Below are positions 39,238 to 48,720 of a DNA stretch of 64,000 nt, piece by piece. The stretch spans positions 6,423-70,422 of the forward strand of contig JAZDED010000034.1 in assembly GCA_043809145.1 (NCBI GenBank), given 5' to 3'. The DNA comes from Candidatus Omnitrophota bacterium. GTDB lineage: Bacteria > Omnitrophota > Gorgyraeia > Gygaellales > Profunditerraquicolaceae. The notes beneath the pieces were generated by a model. It saw nothing but the letters and a program-made list of their open reading frames with translations. It was not told the origin of the DNA and searched no databases. The position numbers and the translations under genes are program-made. Position 1 is the stretch's first letter; each line of letters opens with the position of its first letter.

Positions 39238-39249
39238 GGGGACGGTTCT
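39237..39249. repeat. Family B repeat (inverted orientation)
   Basis: aggggacggttct = reverse complement of agaaccgtcccct. Confidence 0.75.
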
Positions 39250-39758
39250 TAAACCCTGCGGAAACCTATCGGCTTTTTGACAGGTAGCGGCGCAGGTTCC
39301 AGAAGTTGTTTTATGGCCTGGAAAACAATGGCAAACTGCCGGTCGTATTTTTTCTCCATCGCCTCAATTTTTCGCCTGAGGCCTGTATTGGTTAGCAACA
39401 TCCGGCGCAACTGAGTAAACGCGCGCATTATTTGAATATTGACCGCAATTGCCCGATTGCTATTTAAAACCCCAGAAAGCATAGCCACACCTTGTTCAGT
39501 AAATGCTAATGGCAAGTGAGGTGAAAATTTCAGGAATTTAAGGTGGTCGCAATTTGCGACCACCTCTTCTTTCTCTTTGGCAGTCAATTGAAACATAAAG
39601 TCTTCTGGAAATCTCTTTTTATTTCTCTTTACCTGCTCATTTAATCTTTTTGTCTGTACCCCATACAACAAAGCCAAATCACTATCTAGCATAACCTTCT
39701 TACCCCTGATAATAAAGATCTTTGTGGCGATTACTTCTATAGGAACTAATTCAGACAT
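39249..39758 (-). CDS. ORF6N domain DNA-binding protein
   Basis: IRGKKVMLDSDLALLYG, RFPEDFMFQLT, AFTEQGVAMLS. Confidence 0.92.
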   Translation of the reverse strand: MSELVPIEVIATKIFIIRGKKVMLDSDLALLYGVQTKRLNEQVKRNKKRFPEDFMFQLTAKEKEEVVANCDHLKFLKFSPHLPLAFTEQGVAMLSGVLNSNRAIAVNIQIMRAFTQLRRMLLTNTGLRRKIEAMEKKYDRQFAIVFQAIKQLLEPAPLPVKKPIGFRRV

Positions 39759-39834
39759 ATTATTCTCCTTTCTGTACCTATTATATTAGACGCAAAAAGG
39801 AGTAAAATCTAACATAGCTTTTCCAAATAAAAAA

Positions 39835-39992
39835 GAACGGTTCTGCCTTTACTTTCAGAACCGTCCCTATATTTACTATCCTCTGGACAGGGCTCGGCAA
39901 AAACAATAAATAGAAACGTCCCCTAGCTTGCTTGACAGGACCCGCTAAATACTAAGCCTTTGGGACAGACCCCAAATACAGGGGTCAGTCCC
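39835..39992. repeat. Family B repeat cluster
   Basis: agaaccgtccct at 39857, agaaacgtcccct at 39912, gggacagacccc...ggggtcagtccc at 39962-39992. Confidence 0.75.
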
Positions 39993-40001
39993 GCAGGCTA
40001 G

Positions 40002-40475
40002 CTATTCTCTGGAGATTTTAAGGATTTTATACTTGAGGATACCGGCGGGAATCTTTATTTCTACCACTTCATTCTCTTTATGATTCAGGAGGCCTGCGCC
40101 TACCGGAGAAGAAACCGAGATCTTATTCTCTTCGTAATTTGCCTCGGCTTCAGAAACTAGGGTATATTCTAAAGCCTCATCCGTAACCATATCCTGCAGT
40201 TTTACGGTTGCTCCGATCAATACCTCATCAGAACGGATATCTTCGTAGTCAAGAATTCTGGCGCCGCTTAATTTATGCTGCAGCTCAGAGATCTTCTGCT
40301 CATTATCTGCCTGGGCCTCTCTGGCTGCGTCATACTCGGCATTTTCCGAGATATCTCCGTGCGCCCTGGCCTCGGCCACAGCTTTGGATAGCGCTTTACG
40401 CTTGGCGCCTTTAAGATGCTCAAGTTCCTCAACCAGCTTCTGATAACCTTTACGGGTAAAGAATTTATCCTGCAT
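40002..40475 (-). CDS. greA: Transcription elongation factor GreA
   Basis: AHGDISENAEYDAA, ISVSSPVG. Confidence 0.95.
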   Translation of the reverse strand: MQDKFFTRKGYQKLVEELEHLKGAKRKALSKAVAEARAHGDISENAEYDAAREAQADNEQKISELQHKLSGARILDYEDIRSDEVLIGATVKLQDMVTDEALEYTLVSEAEANYEENKISVSSPVGAGLLNHKENEVVEIKIPAGILKYKILKISRE

Positions 40476-40480
40476 AGAGC

Positions 40481-41149
40481 TTATTTAGATTTTATAGCTA
40501 GGGTTTTAATAAAATCCGCAGCATCTTCAATCTTATCAGTTACTCCTTCTAAGTATTCTGCCAATTGATATGATAATAAAAGGCTGGTCGGCTCTAACTT
40601 AGCATGAATAATCGTCCCTATAAGGACCCTCTTCTGGTCATCAGCATCGTGCTCGAATTTTCCCACCTCTTCGCAATCAAACAGAGCTTTCTTCAAATCA
40701 TTCTTGCTGATAGCCTGGATCCCATCTTTTAATTTGGTGACCGAGTTGACGATAATATCAGTGGCTAACGATATATTCTTAAGCACATCATCAGGAAGTT
40801 TCTGCTCAATAAACCCTAAGAGCCTGGCTGCGCCATTGGTCCAATCGGCAATTTTGTCCAGAGTCTTGACAAAATGCATTAAATCCTCTCTATCCGGAGG
40901 CAATAATAACCCTTCAGAAAGCTCACCCACCATTTTAGAGCGCAAGGTATCTGCTACCTGCTCGCTTATCCTTACATTATCAATAGCCTTATTCTTGGCT
41001 TCTGTATCGCCTTTGATATAGGCATTGACTGCTTCAGAAAAGAAATTCACGGTTTTATAAGTCTCATCTACATGGCGCTGGGCATCCTTTAATATGGCAA
41101 GCTCTCCGGCCATGCCTAACCAACCCAAAATATTACGCATCTCTTTCAT
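40481..41149 (-). CDS. DUF47 phosphate transport regulator (PhoU-like)
   Basis: EQVAD, PPDREDL, EHDAD, DKIEDAAD; next to PiT. Confidence 0.9.
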   Translation of the reverse strand: MKEMRNILGWLGMAGELAILKDAQRHVDETYKTVNFFSEAVNAYIKGDTEAKNKAIDNVRISEQVADTLRSKMVGELSEGLLLPPDREDLMHFVKTLDKIADWTNGAARLLGFIEQKLPDDVLKNISLATDIIVNSVTKLKDGIQAISKNDLKKALFDCEEVGKFEHDADDQKRVLIGTIIHAKLEPTSLLLSYQLAEYLEGVTDKIEDAADFIKTLAIKSK

Positions 41150-41166
41150 CTAATCCTCCTTTTAGT

Positions 41167-41250
41167 CACGGATATACACAGATTACTTGAACACGGATTT
41201 GCACAGATTCAATCCGTGTATATCTTGTGTTTTATCCGTATCTATCCGTG
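41167..41250. repeat. Imperfect palindrome built from acac(g/a)gat units
   Basis: cacggatatacacagat...acacggatttgcacagat / atccgtgtatatcttgtg...atccgtg. Confidence 0.65.
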
Positions 41251-41271
41251 TACAATTATAATAATGCAATT

Positions 41272-42252
41272 TTATATATTGATAAATATCTTCAAGCCTT
41301 TTAAAACCAGGAAACTGACCAATCCGGAAGTAAAAGGCGTGGCTATCCAGCAAATAACAATATCTTTCATAATTTTTAAATTCAGGACCTTGATCCCGCG
41401 CACCAGGCCTACGCCAACTATAGCCCCTACAATAGAATGACTGGTGGAAACCGGAATCCCTAGAAAAGTATATATATGCACATTAATGGCGCTGGCTAAT
41501 TGCGCCGCAAATGCCATTAAGGGCAGTAAATGCGTTATTTCAGAACCGACAGTCTCAATAACTTTATAACCCCAGGTCATAATACCTATCAGAATAGCCG
41601 CTCCTCCTAAAATTACACTCACCTTAGAGGTCAAAATCCCCGCTCCCACAATTACACCTGTTGCATTAGCCACGTCATTAGCTCCCCAGGTATAAGCAAG
41701 ATAACAACCGCTGGATATAATCAAAAAAGACAAGACCATTGTAGAGTGCTTTTGGGGGACAATCCGGTAGAAAATACCCTGTAAGATCTTAAAAAATATA
41801 AACCCCATAAGAGCTGAACCTATAGGAGTAAGCAGCCAGGAGAGACATATATTCTGCAGCACCTTCCAGTTAATGGGCGCGCCTATAGCCAGGCCTGCTC
41901 CAGCCACTGCTCCCACAATAGAATGACTGGTAGAAATAGGCATCTTCCAATAGGTAGCTATGATCACCCAGGCGCAGCCGGCAAAACAAGCAACCAGGGC
42001 TATATATAAAGATACTGTTTTGTCCAATTCGTTTAAGGGCACAATGCCCTTGCCGATAGTCTTAGCTACATGCCCGCCCTGTAAAAACGCCCCTAAAAAA
42101 CCAAAAACACAGATAAGAAGAATCGCCTGCTTTAAAGTCAAGACCCGTGAACCAACAGCAGTGCCTAAGGTATTAGCCGCATCATTAGCTCCGATGGACC
42201 ACCCGACAGCTAAACCCATGAATATGGTTATAGCGATTAAGAACAAACTCAT
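41272..42252 (-). CDS. Inorganic phosphate transporter, PiT family
   Basis: GANDAAN and GANDVAN signatures, PISTSH and PVSTSH. Confidence 0.95.
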   Translation of the reverse strand: MSLFLIAITIFMGLAVGWSIGANDAANTLGTAVGSRVLTLKQAILLICVFGFLGAFLQGGHVAKTIGKGIVPLNELDKTVSLYIALVACFAGCAWVIIATYWKMPISTSHSIVGAVAGAGLAIGAPINWKVLQNICLSWLLTPIGSALMGFIFFKILQGIFYRIVPQKHSTMVLSFLIISSGCYLAYTWGANDVANATGVIVGAGILTSKVSVILGGAAILIGIMTWGYKVIETVGSEITHLLPLMAFAAQLASAINVHIYTFLGIPVSTSHSIVGAIVGVGLVRGIKVLNLKIMKDIVICWIATPFTSGLVSFLVLKGLKIFINI

Positions 42253-42924
42253 CTATTTACCTTTACAGATATTCACACAAACTCCGCAGATATACTGTTC
42301 AATCTGGCGTACTTTTTGAAATTCTTTCAATTTTTCAAAACACTTAAGATGATTAAAATCTTGAGGGGATTTTTTTATTGCTTGAGCAGGACATACTTTA
42401 ACACACAAGTAACATTCCTGGCAAGTATTTTCTTTCGGCTGATCTGCTTTTAAAGGCACATTGGTGAGGATGCAGGACAGCCTGAACTGGCTGCCTAACT
42501 CTGAATTGACCAACAGATTATTCCTGCCTATCCAGCCCAGGCCAGCTAAATGCCCTATATGTTTATGGGATAGATGCGCCGACTGCTTCTGCCAATCTAC
42601 GATCTGGGAAGCCGGAACAGGCAAGGCCTGATATCCTCTTTTCTGGATATAACCGGATATCTTGAAGCTTAGCTGGTCAAGAAAGGTGTTTACTGTGCGG
42701 TAATGATGGAAATAAAGCCGGGTAGGAGCATCTTTAATCTCCTCCAGGACAAGCCCGGATAAGCGCACACCTATACATACTGCCCTATCTATTTTTTTAA
42801 GCGCGGCTTTACTGATCAGGAAATTATCCTTTATTTTTGTTATATCGGCAACCCCAAATAGATCTGCGCCGTTGTCGAGGCAGTATTCTTTTAGTTCATT
42901 GTAATTAATAATAGGAGTTCCCAT
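42253..42924 (-). CDS. Epoxyqueuosine reductase-like 4Fe-4S protein
   Basis: AGLGWIGRNNLL, CQECYLCVKVCP, CGVCVNIC. Confidence 0.75.
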   Translation of the reverse strand: MGTPIINYNELKEYCLDNGADLFGVADITKIKDNFLISKAALKKIDRAVCIGVRLSGLVLEEIKDAPTRLYFHHYRTVNTFLDQLSFKISGYIQKRGYQALPVPASQIVDWQKQSAHLSHKHIGHLAGLGWIGRNNLLVNSELGSQFRLSCILTNVPLKADQPKENTCQECYLCVKVCPAQAIKKSPQDFNHLKCFEKLKEFQKVRQIEQYICGVCVNICKGK

Positions 42925-42970
42925 TTTAACTATACCTCTACCCTTACCTATACCTTTACCTATGTAATTT

Positions 42971-44830
42971 TTATTTATTTATCTTTCTAAGGTATACCAT
43001 AAGTATCGAAATTGCTACCGGAGTAATTCCGGAGATACGCGAGGCCTGGCCCAGGCTTAGAGGTTTGAATTTAGTCAACTTTTCTTGGATTTCGCGGGAG
43101 AGGCTGTTAATACGATTGTAATCCAAATCTATAGGCAACTTGATTTTTTCTAAGTTCTTAAATCGAGCTACTTCAGCCAACTGCCTCTCTATGAAGCCTC
43201 TATATTTTACCTCAATTTCAACCTGGGAAGAAGCACTTTCTGATAAAACCAATTTCATCCGGCTTAATGTTTTTAAATCCTTCAAGCTTATCTGCGGCCT
43301 TTTAAGCATCTGCTCTAAGGTAACCGGACTTTTTAAGGATGTAGTTTCTAAATTCGCCAACTTCTTATTTATTTCCGAGGTGGGCTTAAGCAAGTTCTTT
43401 TTTAAAAAACTCTTGAGCCCTTCTATCTCTTTTATTTTGGCCAGCGTCTTTGCGTAATCTTTTTTAGAAACCAGGCCTATACTATGACCTATTTTTCTTA
43501 AGCGCAAATCCGCGTTATCTTCGCGTAGTAACAAGCGGTACTCCACGCGCGAAGTAAACATGCGATAAGGCTCATTTGTCCCTTTAGTGGTCAAATCATC
43601 AATAAGTACGCCGATATAACTGCTCGACCTGTCTAATATTATGGGTTCCCGATTCTTGGTTCTTAAAGCGGCATTAATTCCTGCGATTAACCCCTGGGCA
43701 GCTGCCTCTTCATAACCAGTAGTGCCGTTAATCTGTCCGGCAAAAAATAGATTTTTTACGAGCTTGCTCTCCAGGGTGGGATATAATTGAGTAGAATCTA
43801 CTACTGTGTGCTCAATGCCATACCCATATCTTATAACTTCAACTTTTTCCAATCCCTGAATAGAACGTAAGATTTTTAACTGCACATCCTCCGGAAGGCT
43901 GGTAGATAAACCATTGGGATAAATTTCGTCTGCTTTTAGCCCTTGGGGTTCAAGAAAAATCTGATGCCTCTGTCTATCCCTGAATTTTACAATCTTATCC
44001 TCTATCGAAGGGCAATACCTTACGCCAGTAGCCTTAATAATGCCGGCAAAAAGCGGAGAACGGTCCAGGTTATCCAGGATAATCTTGTGCGTCTTGGGAT
44101 TAGTATAAGTAATATAGCAGGAGACTTGTTTCCGGGTAATTTTGGGGGTAGAGAATGAAAATGGCTTAGGCGGATTATCGCCTTTTTGTTCAATGAGCCG
44201 GGAAAAATCTATTGTTTTCTTACTGATCCGCGGACAGGTGCCGGTTTTAAATCTCAAGAGATTGAATCCTAGATCTTTTAGGTTATTGCCCAGGCCAATA
44301 GCTGCAGGCTCATTAATCCTCCCGCCACTGTAGTGGCGCATCCCTACATGCACGAGCCCGTCTAAAAATGTTCCGGGTGAGATTACTACGCAACGAGCCA
44401 CAATCTCCCCTTTGTCTGCGGTAACTACCCCCTTAAGCTGGTTATCTCTAACAATAAGTTTTACTACCTGGGCTTCTTTCACTTTGAGGTTCTTTTGTTT
44501 CTTAATAACACCCTGGATATAGGTTTCATACTTATACATGTCTATCTGTGCCCGGGATGACTGTACTGCTTGGCCCTTAGAGGCATTTAGAATGCGAAAC
44601 TGTATACCGCAAAGATCACTAGCTATACCCATCTGCCCGCCTAAAGCATCAACCTCTTTTACCAACTGGCCCTTGCCTACTCCGCCGATTGCCGGATTAC
44701 AACTCATGCGGCCAATGGCCTTAACATCCAGGGTGATTAAAAGAGTTTTACAACCCATGCGCGCAACAGCTAAACTTGCTTCAATCCCCGCATGCCCCGC
44801 GCCTATTACTATAATGTCATAAATATTCAT
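42971..44830 (-). CDS. mnmG: tRNA U34 modification enzyme MnmG/GidA
   Basis: GAGHAG, MSCNPAIGG, RYCPSIEDK, GQINGTTGYEEAA. Confidence 0.97.
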   Translation of the reverse strand: MNIYDIIVIGAGHAGIEASLAVARMGCKTLLITLDVKAIGRMSCNPAIGGVGKGQLVKEVDALGGQMGIASDLCGIQFRILNASKGQAVQSSRAQIDMYKYETYIQGVIKKQKNLKVKEAQVVKLIVRDNQLKGVVTADKGEIVARCVVISPGTFLDGLVHVGMRHYSGGRINEPAAIGLGNNLKDLGFNLLRFKTGTCPRISKKTIDFSRLIEQKGDNPPKPFSFSTPKITRKQVSCYITYTNPKTHKIILDNLDRSPLFAGIIKATGVRYCPSIEDKIVKFRDRQRHQIFLEPQGLKADEIYPNGLSTSLPEDVQLKILRSIQGLEKVEVIRYGYGIEHTVVDSTQLYPTLESKLVKNLFFAGQINGTTGYEEAAAQGLIAGINAALRTKNREPIILDRSSSYIGVLIDDLTTKGTNEPYRMFTSRVEYRLLLREDNADLRLRKIGHSIGLVSKKDYAKTLAKIKEIEGLKSFLKKNLLKPTSEINKKLANLETTSLKSPVTLEQMLKRPQISLKDLKTLSRMKLVLSESASSQVEIEVKYRGFIERQLAEVARFKNLEKIKLPIDLDYNRINSLSREIQEKLTKFKPLSLGQASRISGITPVAISILMVYLRKINK

Positions 44831-44833
44831 GGC

Positions 44834-46123
44834 TTACAATTTAGAGTACTTTACTAAGAGAGGTAAGACTTGTTGTCCAGAGAGTTCTCCCAGAGAGCCA
44901 CGCTTGGCTGCCTTTTCAGAAAAACACATAGAACTATCAGGTTTAATATTACCACCGGCAACCAGTATTGGCACTGGATTAGCAGTATGCGCCTTTAAGG
45001 CGCAAGGAGTACAATGGTCAGCAGCAACGCATAAAATAAAATCATCCGGGTTAAATTTAGAGAGGAAACTGCCAAAGAAGAATTTATCAATAGTCTGAAT
45101 AATCTCTTTTTTCTTTTTAAAGTCTCCATCGTGAGAAGGCTCGTCCGGCCCCTTGATATGAATATAAAGCCCCCCATATTTATCCAAAGCATCCAGGGCT
45201 ACTTTAGCCCAAACCGGATAATCCACATCCAAATGACCCGTAGAAGAAGGAACTTCCACTATCTGCATGCCGGTCAATAACGCTATACCTCTTTCCACAG
45301 GCATCTCTACAAAACAACCAAAATTAATATTATACAATGAATCTAGCTTAGGAAAATCCGGCAGAGAGTTTCCGGCATCACGTAATAACAGTCCATTTGC
45401 TGCCAATTTTCCTTCAGAAATCCTTTTTTTATTTACCGCTGAATTATTCAGGACCAAAGACGCCTTATGGGTAAACTCATTTACAAGGCTGGCTGCTTCT
45501 TTAGCCTCAAGCGATTCTTCATGTCCGGATAAAACTTGCGCCTCTTTTAATACAGATTCGGGGTTCTCAACCGCTACGCTAAACATCCCTTTTCGTTCAT
45601 AAGCAGAATCGATATTAGTAACATGTCCGGATAACCTGGAATGCATCCCTCTCATAACTAATACTGCCCGGTGGCCGACAGTATGTTTAAAAATAAAGGT
45701 GGCGTTAGAAAGCGTGATTTTAGAATTTATCTCATTAGCCAAAGCCTTGGCTTCTTCATCATTCAAATTCCTTCCCACCCGGCGGTCCTTTATGGTTTGA
45801 CCATCATCTTCCAGTGTGGCAAAATTCGCCCTTAAAGCAAGGTTACCGCTGGAGAAATCCAGGCCTTCGGCAAAAACCTCTAAAGGCCCGCGGCCGGTAT
45901 AATATTTTTCAACATCATAACCTAAGAGACTGATAACAGCTACATCCGACTCCGGTACATGAGCCAGATCCCTGCTTACAGGATAGACAATACCGGTAAT
46001 TCCTCTTTGAGCAAAACGGTCCAGATTAGGAGTAAGAGCAGCTTCTAACGGAGTCTTACCTTTGAGTTCTTTAATCGGCAGGTCAGCCAACCCATCAAGA
46101 ATAATATAAATTATTTTTTTCAT
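44834..46123 (-). CDS. apgM: 2,3-BPG-independent phosphoglycerate mutase, ApgM type
   Basis: DGLAD, TPLEAA.TPNLD, GRGPLE, HIKGPDEPSHDG, ADHCTP. Confidence 0.88.
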   Translation of the reverse strand: MKKIIYIILDGLADLPIKELKGKTPLEAALTPNLDRFAQRGITGIVYPVSRDLAHVPESDVAVISLLGYDVEKYYTGRGPLEVFAEGLDFSSGNLALRANFATLEDDGQTIKDRRVGRNLNDEEAKALANEINSKITLSNATFIFKHTVGHRAVLVMRGMHSRLSGHVTNIDSAYERKGMFSVAVENPESVLKEAQVLSGHEESLEAKEAASLVNEFTHKASLVLNNSAVNKKRISEGKLAANGLLLRDAGNSLPDFPKLDSLYNINFGCFVEMPVERGIALLTGMQIVEVPSSTGHLDVDYPVWAKVALDALDKYGGLYIHIKGPDEPSHDGDFKKKKEIIQTIDKFFFGSFLSKFNPDDFILCVAADHCTPCALKAHTANPVPILVAGGNIKPDSSMCFSEKAAKRGSLGELSGQQVLPLLVKYSKL

Positions 46124-46242
46124 AAAAACAGGTTAATCTTTGGTCATGATTAAAAGCCAAAAGCGAAAAACTAAAGTTTAAAACTTTTTTTGCTTAAACT
46201 CTTCGCTTTTCGCTCTCAAATTTAAACCAATATTTTAAATAC

Positions 46243-48543
46243 TTAACACTTAGAATAACCGCAAGCCTGGCACTTCTGACATCCTTCTTCATGCCTCAGT
46301 GTGCCTCCGCAATCAGGGCATACTCCTACAATATCGCCGCGGGAATGACTATCAAGGATATTATCCAGGGTTACCTCGTCGGTATTAGAGTGTTTCATGG
46401 CAAGTGAAGTGGCTTCGCTGACTACGGAATTAATCAGGCTATTCACAAGTCTTTTCTCAACTACACGGGCAATAGCATCAGCGCAGGAAAAAATCCTCTG
46501 CCCTTTCTCCCAGGATGGCGAGGGGCAGCGGATATTACGTAATTGTTCAATAATCGACTTTACTTCCAGGCCCGAACGAAAACCTAAAGAAACAAGCCTG
46601 CCTATAGCCTCCAACTGTGAAGCAGCGCATCCTCCGGCCTTGCCCATCTGGGTAAAAAGCTCAAAAGGCTTACCCTGCTCATCAACATTAATGGTCACAT
46701 AAAGATTACCGCAGCCTGTAGCCACTTTAGTAGTAGTCCCGATAATAACCTCAGGACGCGGGCGCGGAGCAACTTCCTTTATAAATGCTTCTTTTTTCTT
46801 TTCCTCTTTTGTATCTTTACGCGCTATATTAAGCACCTGCTCCTGACGGCTTCCGTCACGATAGATAGTAATACCCTTACAATTCAATTCATAAGCTAAT
46901 AAATAGGCCTTGCGCACATCTTCTAGTTTAGCCGCATGCGGAAAATTAATCGTTTTGGATACTGCGTTATGGGTATATTTTTGAAAAGCTGCCTGCATCC
47001 TTACATGCCACTCCGGTGAAATATCATGAGCAGTTACAAATACGCTCTTTATGTCCTCAGGTATGCCTTCAATATTCTTTAAAGAACCTTCCTCGGCTAT
47101 TTTCTCCATAAGTTGCCTGCTGTAGAAACCGCGCTCTTTAGCAATACTTTCAAATAAAGGATCCACCTCCACCAGCTTATCATTATCCATGACATTTCGA
47201 TAATAAACTATAGCGTATAGGGGTTCGATTCCCGAAGAGCAAGGCCCAGCGATAATACTAATGGTTCCGGTTGGAGCAATGGTAGTCAAGGTAGCATTGC
47301 GCATTTTCAGACCACCTTCCTTCTTATCATAGATACTATCTTTAAAGGAAGGAAAAACCCCTTTTTCTTTGGCTAATCTCTGGGACTCTTTATTAGCCTC
47401 CTGTAAAATAAAAGACATGATTTTTTCTGCCAGGTTTACTGCTTCTTCGCTATTATAAGCAATGTTTAACCGAATCAACAGGCTCGCCCATCCCATAACC
47501 CCCAGGCCGATTTTGCGGGTGAGCTTGGTTGCTTTTTCGATTGCCGGAATAGGATACTTATTGATATCAATAACGTTATCCAGAAAATGCACCGCCAGTC
47601 GAGTAACCTCTTTTAACTTATCCCAATCCACAGCATAACCACCAGAGCCCTGCTTAAAAATCCTGTCTAAATTTATTGACCCCAGGTCACAACTCTCATA
47701 GGGCAAAAGCGGCTGTTCTCCACAAGGATTAGTGCTCTCCACTTCCCCGAGTTTAGGAGTAGGGTTTTCTTTATTTATGTTATCAATAAAAATTACTCCC
47801 GGTTCTCCGTTTTTGTGCGCCTGTTTTACTATCAAATCAAAAACTTCTTTCGTGTTGATAAGGCTGACTACTTCATGGCTATGAGGATCAATCAACTCAT
47901 AGTCCTCTTGGTTTTGCAACTTCTCCATAAACTTATCGGTAATAGCCACGGAGATATTAAAATTATTAATCTGGTCGTTATTTTCTTTACAGGTAATAAA
48001 CTCTAATATATCCGGATGATCTACCCTTAATATGCCCATATTCGCCCCGCGGCGCGTGCCGCCCTGCTTAACGGCTTCGGTTGCCGCATCATAAACCTTC
48101 ATAAAAGAAACCGGACCCGAAGCTACGCCGCCGGTAGTTTTTACTACCGAATTCTTTGGCCTCAACCTGGAAAAAGAAAATCCGGTTCCACCGCCGGATT
48201 TATGAATCATGGCTGTGGACTTTAGGGTCTCGAATATCGAATCCATGGAATCATTAATAGGAAGGGTAAAGCAGGCGCTGAGCTGCCCCAAATCCCTGCC
48301 GGCATTCATCAGACACGGTGAATTAGGGACAAATTCCAGGTTTGTCATGACGCGGTAGAAATCTTCAGCAACCCGGTTTATCTCGTCCTTGGACTTATTG
48401 TACTTTTTATCTGCCTCTGCTATAGCTCTGGCCACCCTGCGAAACATCTCTTCAGGAGTCTCCACTACTTTTCCATTTTGGTCTTTTTTAAGATACCTTC
48501 TCTCCAAAACACGCAGGGCATTTTCTGAAAGCTTTAAAGCCAT
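46243..48543 (-). CDS. nrdJ: Class II (B12-dependent) ribonucleotide reductase with C-terminal TSCPD and Zn ribbon
   Basis: PNSP, LSACF, TNPCGEQPL, IAPTGT, TGCGNLYVT, CPDCG...CQACGYSKC. Confidence 0.95.
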   Translation of the reverse strand: MALKLSENALRVLERRYLKKDQNGKVVETPEEMFRRVARAIAEADKKYNKSKDEINRVAEDFYRVMTNLEFVPNSPCLMNAGRDLGQLSACFTLPINDSMDSIFETLKSTAMIHKSGGGTGFSFSRLRPKNSVVKTTGGVASGPVSFMKVYDAATEAVKQGGTRRGANMGILRVDHPDILEFITCKENNDQINNFNISVAITDKFMEKLQNQEDYELIDPHSHEVVSLINTKEVFDLIVKQAHKNGEPGVIFIDNINKENPTPKLGEVESTNPCGEQPLLPYESCDLGSINLDRIFKQGSGGYAVDWDKLKEVTRLAVHFLDNVIDINKYPIPAIEKATKLTRKIGLGVMGWASLLIRLNIAYNSEEAVNLAEKIMSFILQEANKESQRLAKEKGVFPSFKDSIYDKKEGGLKMRNATLTTIAPTGTISIIAGPCSSGIEPLYAIVYYRNVMDNDKLVEVDPLFESIAKERGFYSRQLMEKIAEEGSLKNIEGIPEDIKSVFVTAHDISPEWHVRMQAAFQKYTHNAVSKTINFPHAAKLEDVRKAYLLAYELNCKGITIYRDGSRQEQVLNIARKDTKEEKKKEAFIKEVAPRPRPEVIIGTTTKVATGCGNLYVTINVDEQGKPFELFTQMGKAGGCAASQLEAIGRLVSLGFRSGLEVKSIIEQLRNIRCPSPSWEKGQRIFSCADAIARVVEKRLVNSLINSVVSEATSLAMKHSNTDEVTLDNILDSHSRGDIVGVCPDCGGTLRHEEGCQKCQACGYSKC

Positions 48544-48608
48544 GACTTTTCCTCCTCGGGTGCATTATATATAAAGACGGTTGCTATTGAAATCTAAAAG
48601 GCTATTCG

Positions 48609-48637
48609 AGTATAGCCCAGTTTAAATTATTTGTCAA
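48609..48637 (-). promoter_or_regulatory. nrdJ promoter
   Basis: TTGACA-17-TATACT. Confidence 0.7.
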
Positions 48638-48642
48638 TAAAA

Positions 48643-48689
48643 ATACTACAGGTAGTGCTAAGACCAGCGCTTAACTACAAGGGGTTGTG
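48643..48689. promoter_or_regulatory. Possible NrdR box(es)
   Basis: atactacaggtagtgc resembles the acaCwAtATaTwGtgt palindrome; weaker second copy near 48672. Confidence 0.45.
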
Positions 48690-48720
48690 CAACAAATACG
48701 TTTTAAAAACTACTCGCTGC

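Noticed and set aside
39249-39758. Prophage
   Set aside because: ORF6N stands alone, with no integrase, structural or replication genes.
46243-48543. Intein or intron in nrdJ
   Set aside because: Continuous 766-aa ORF of normal size with an intact TNPCGE motif.
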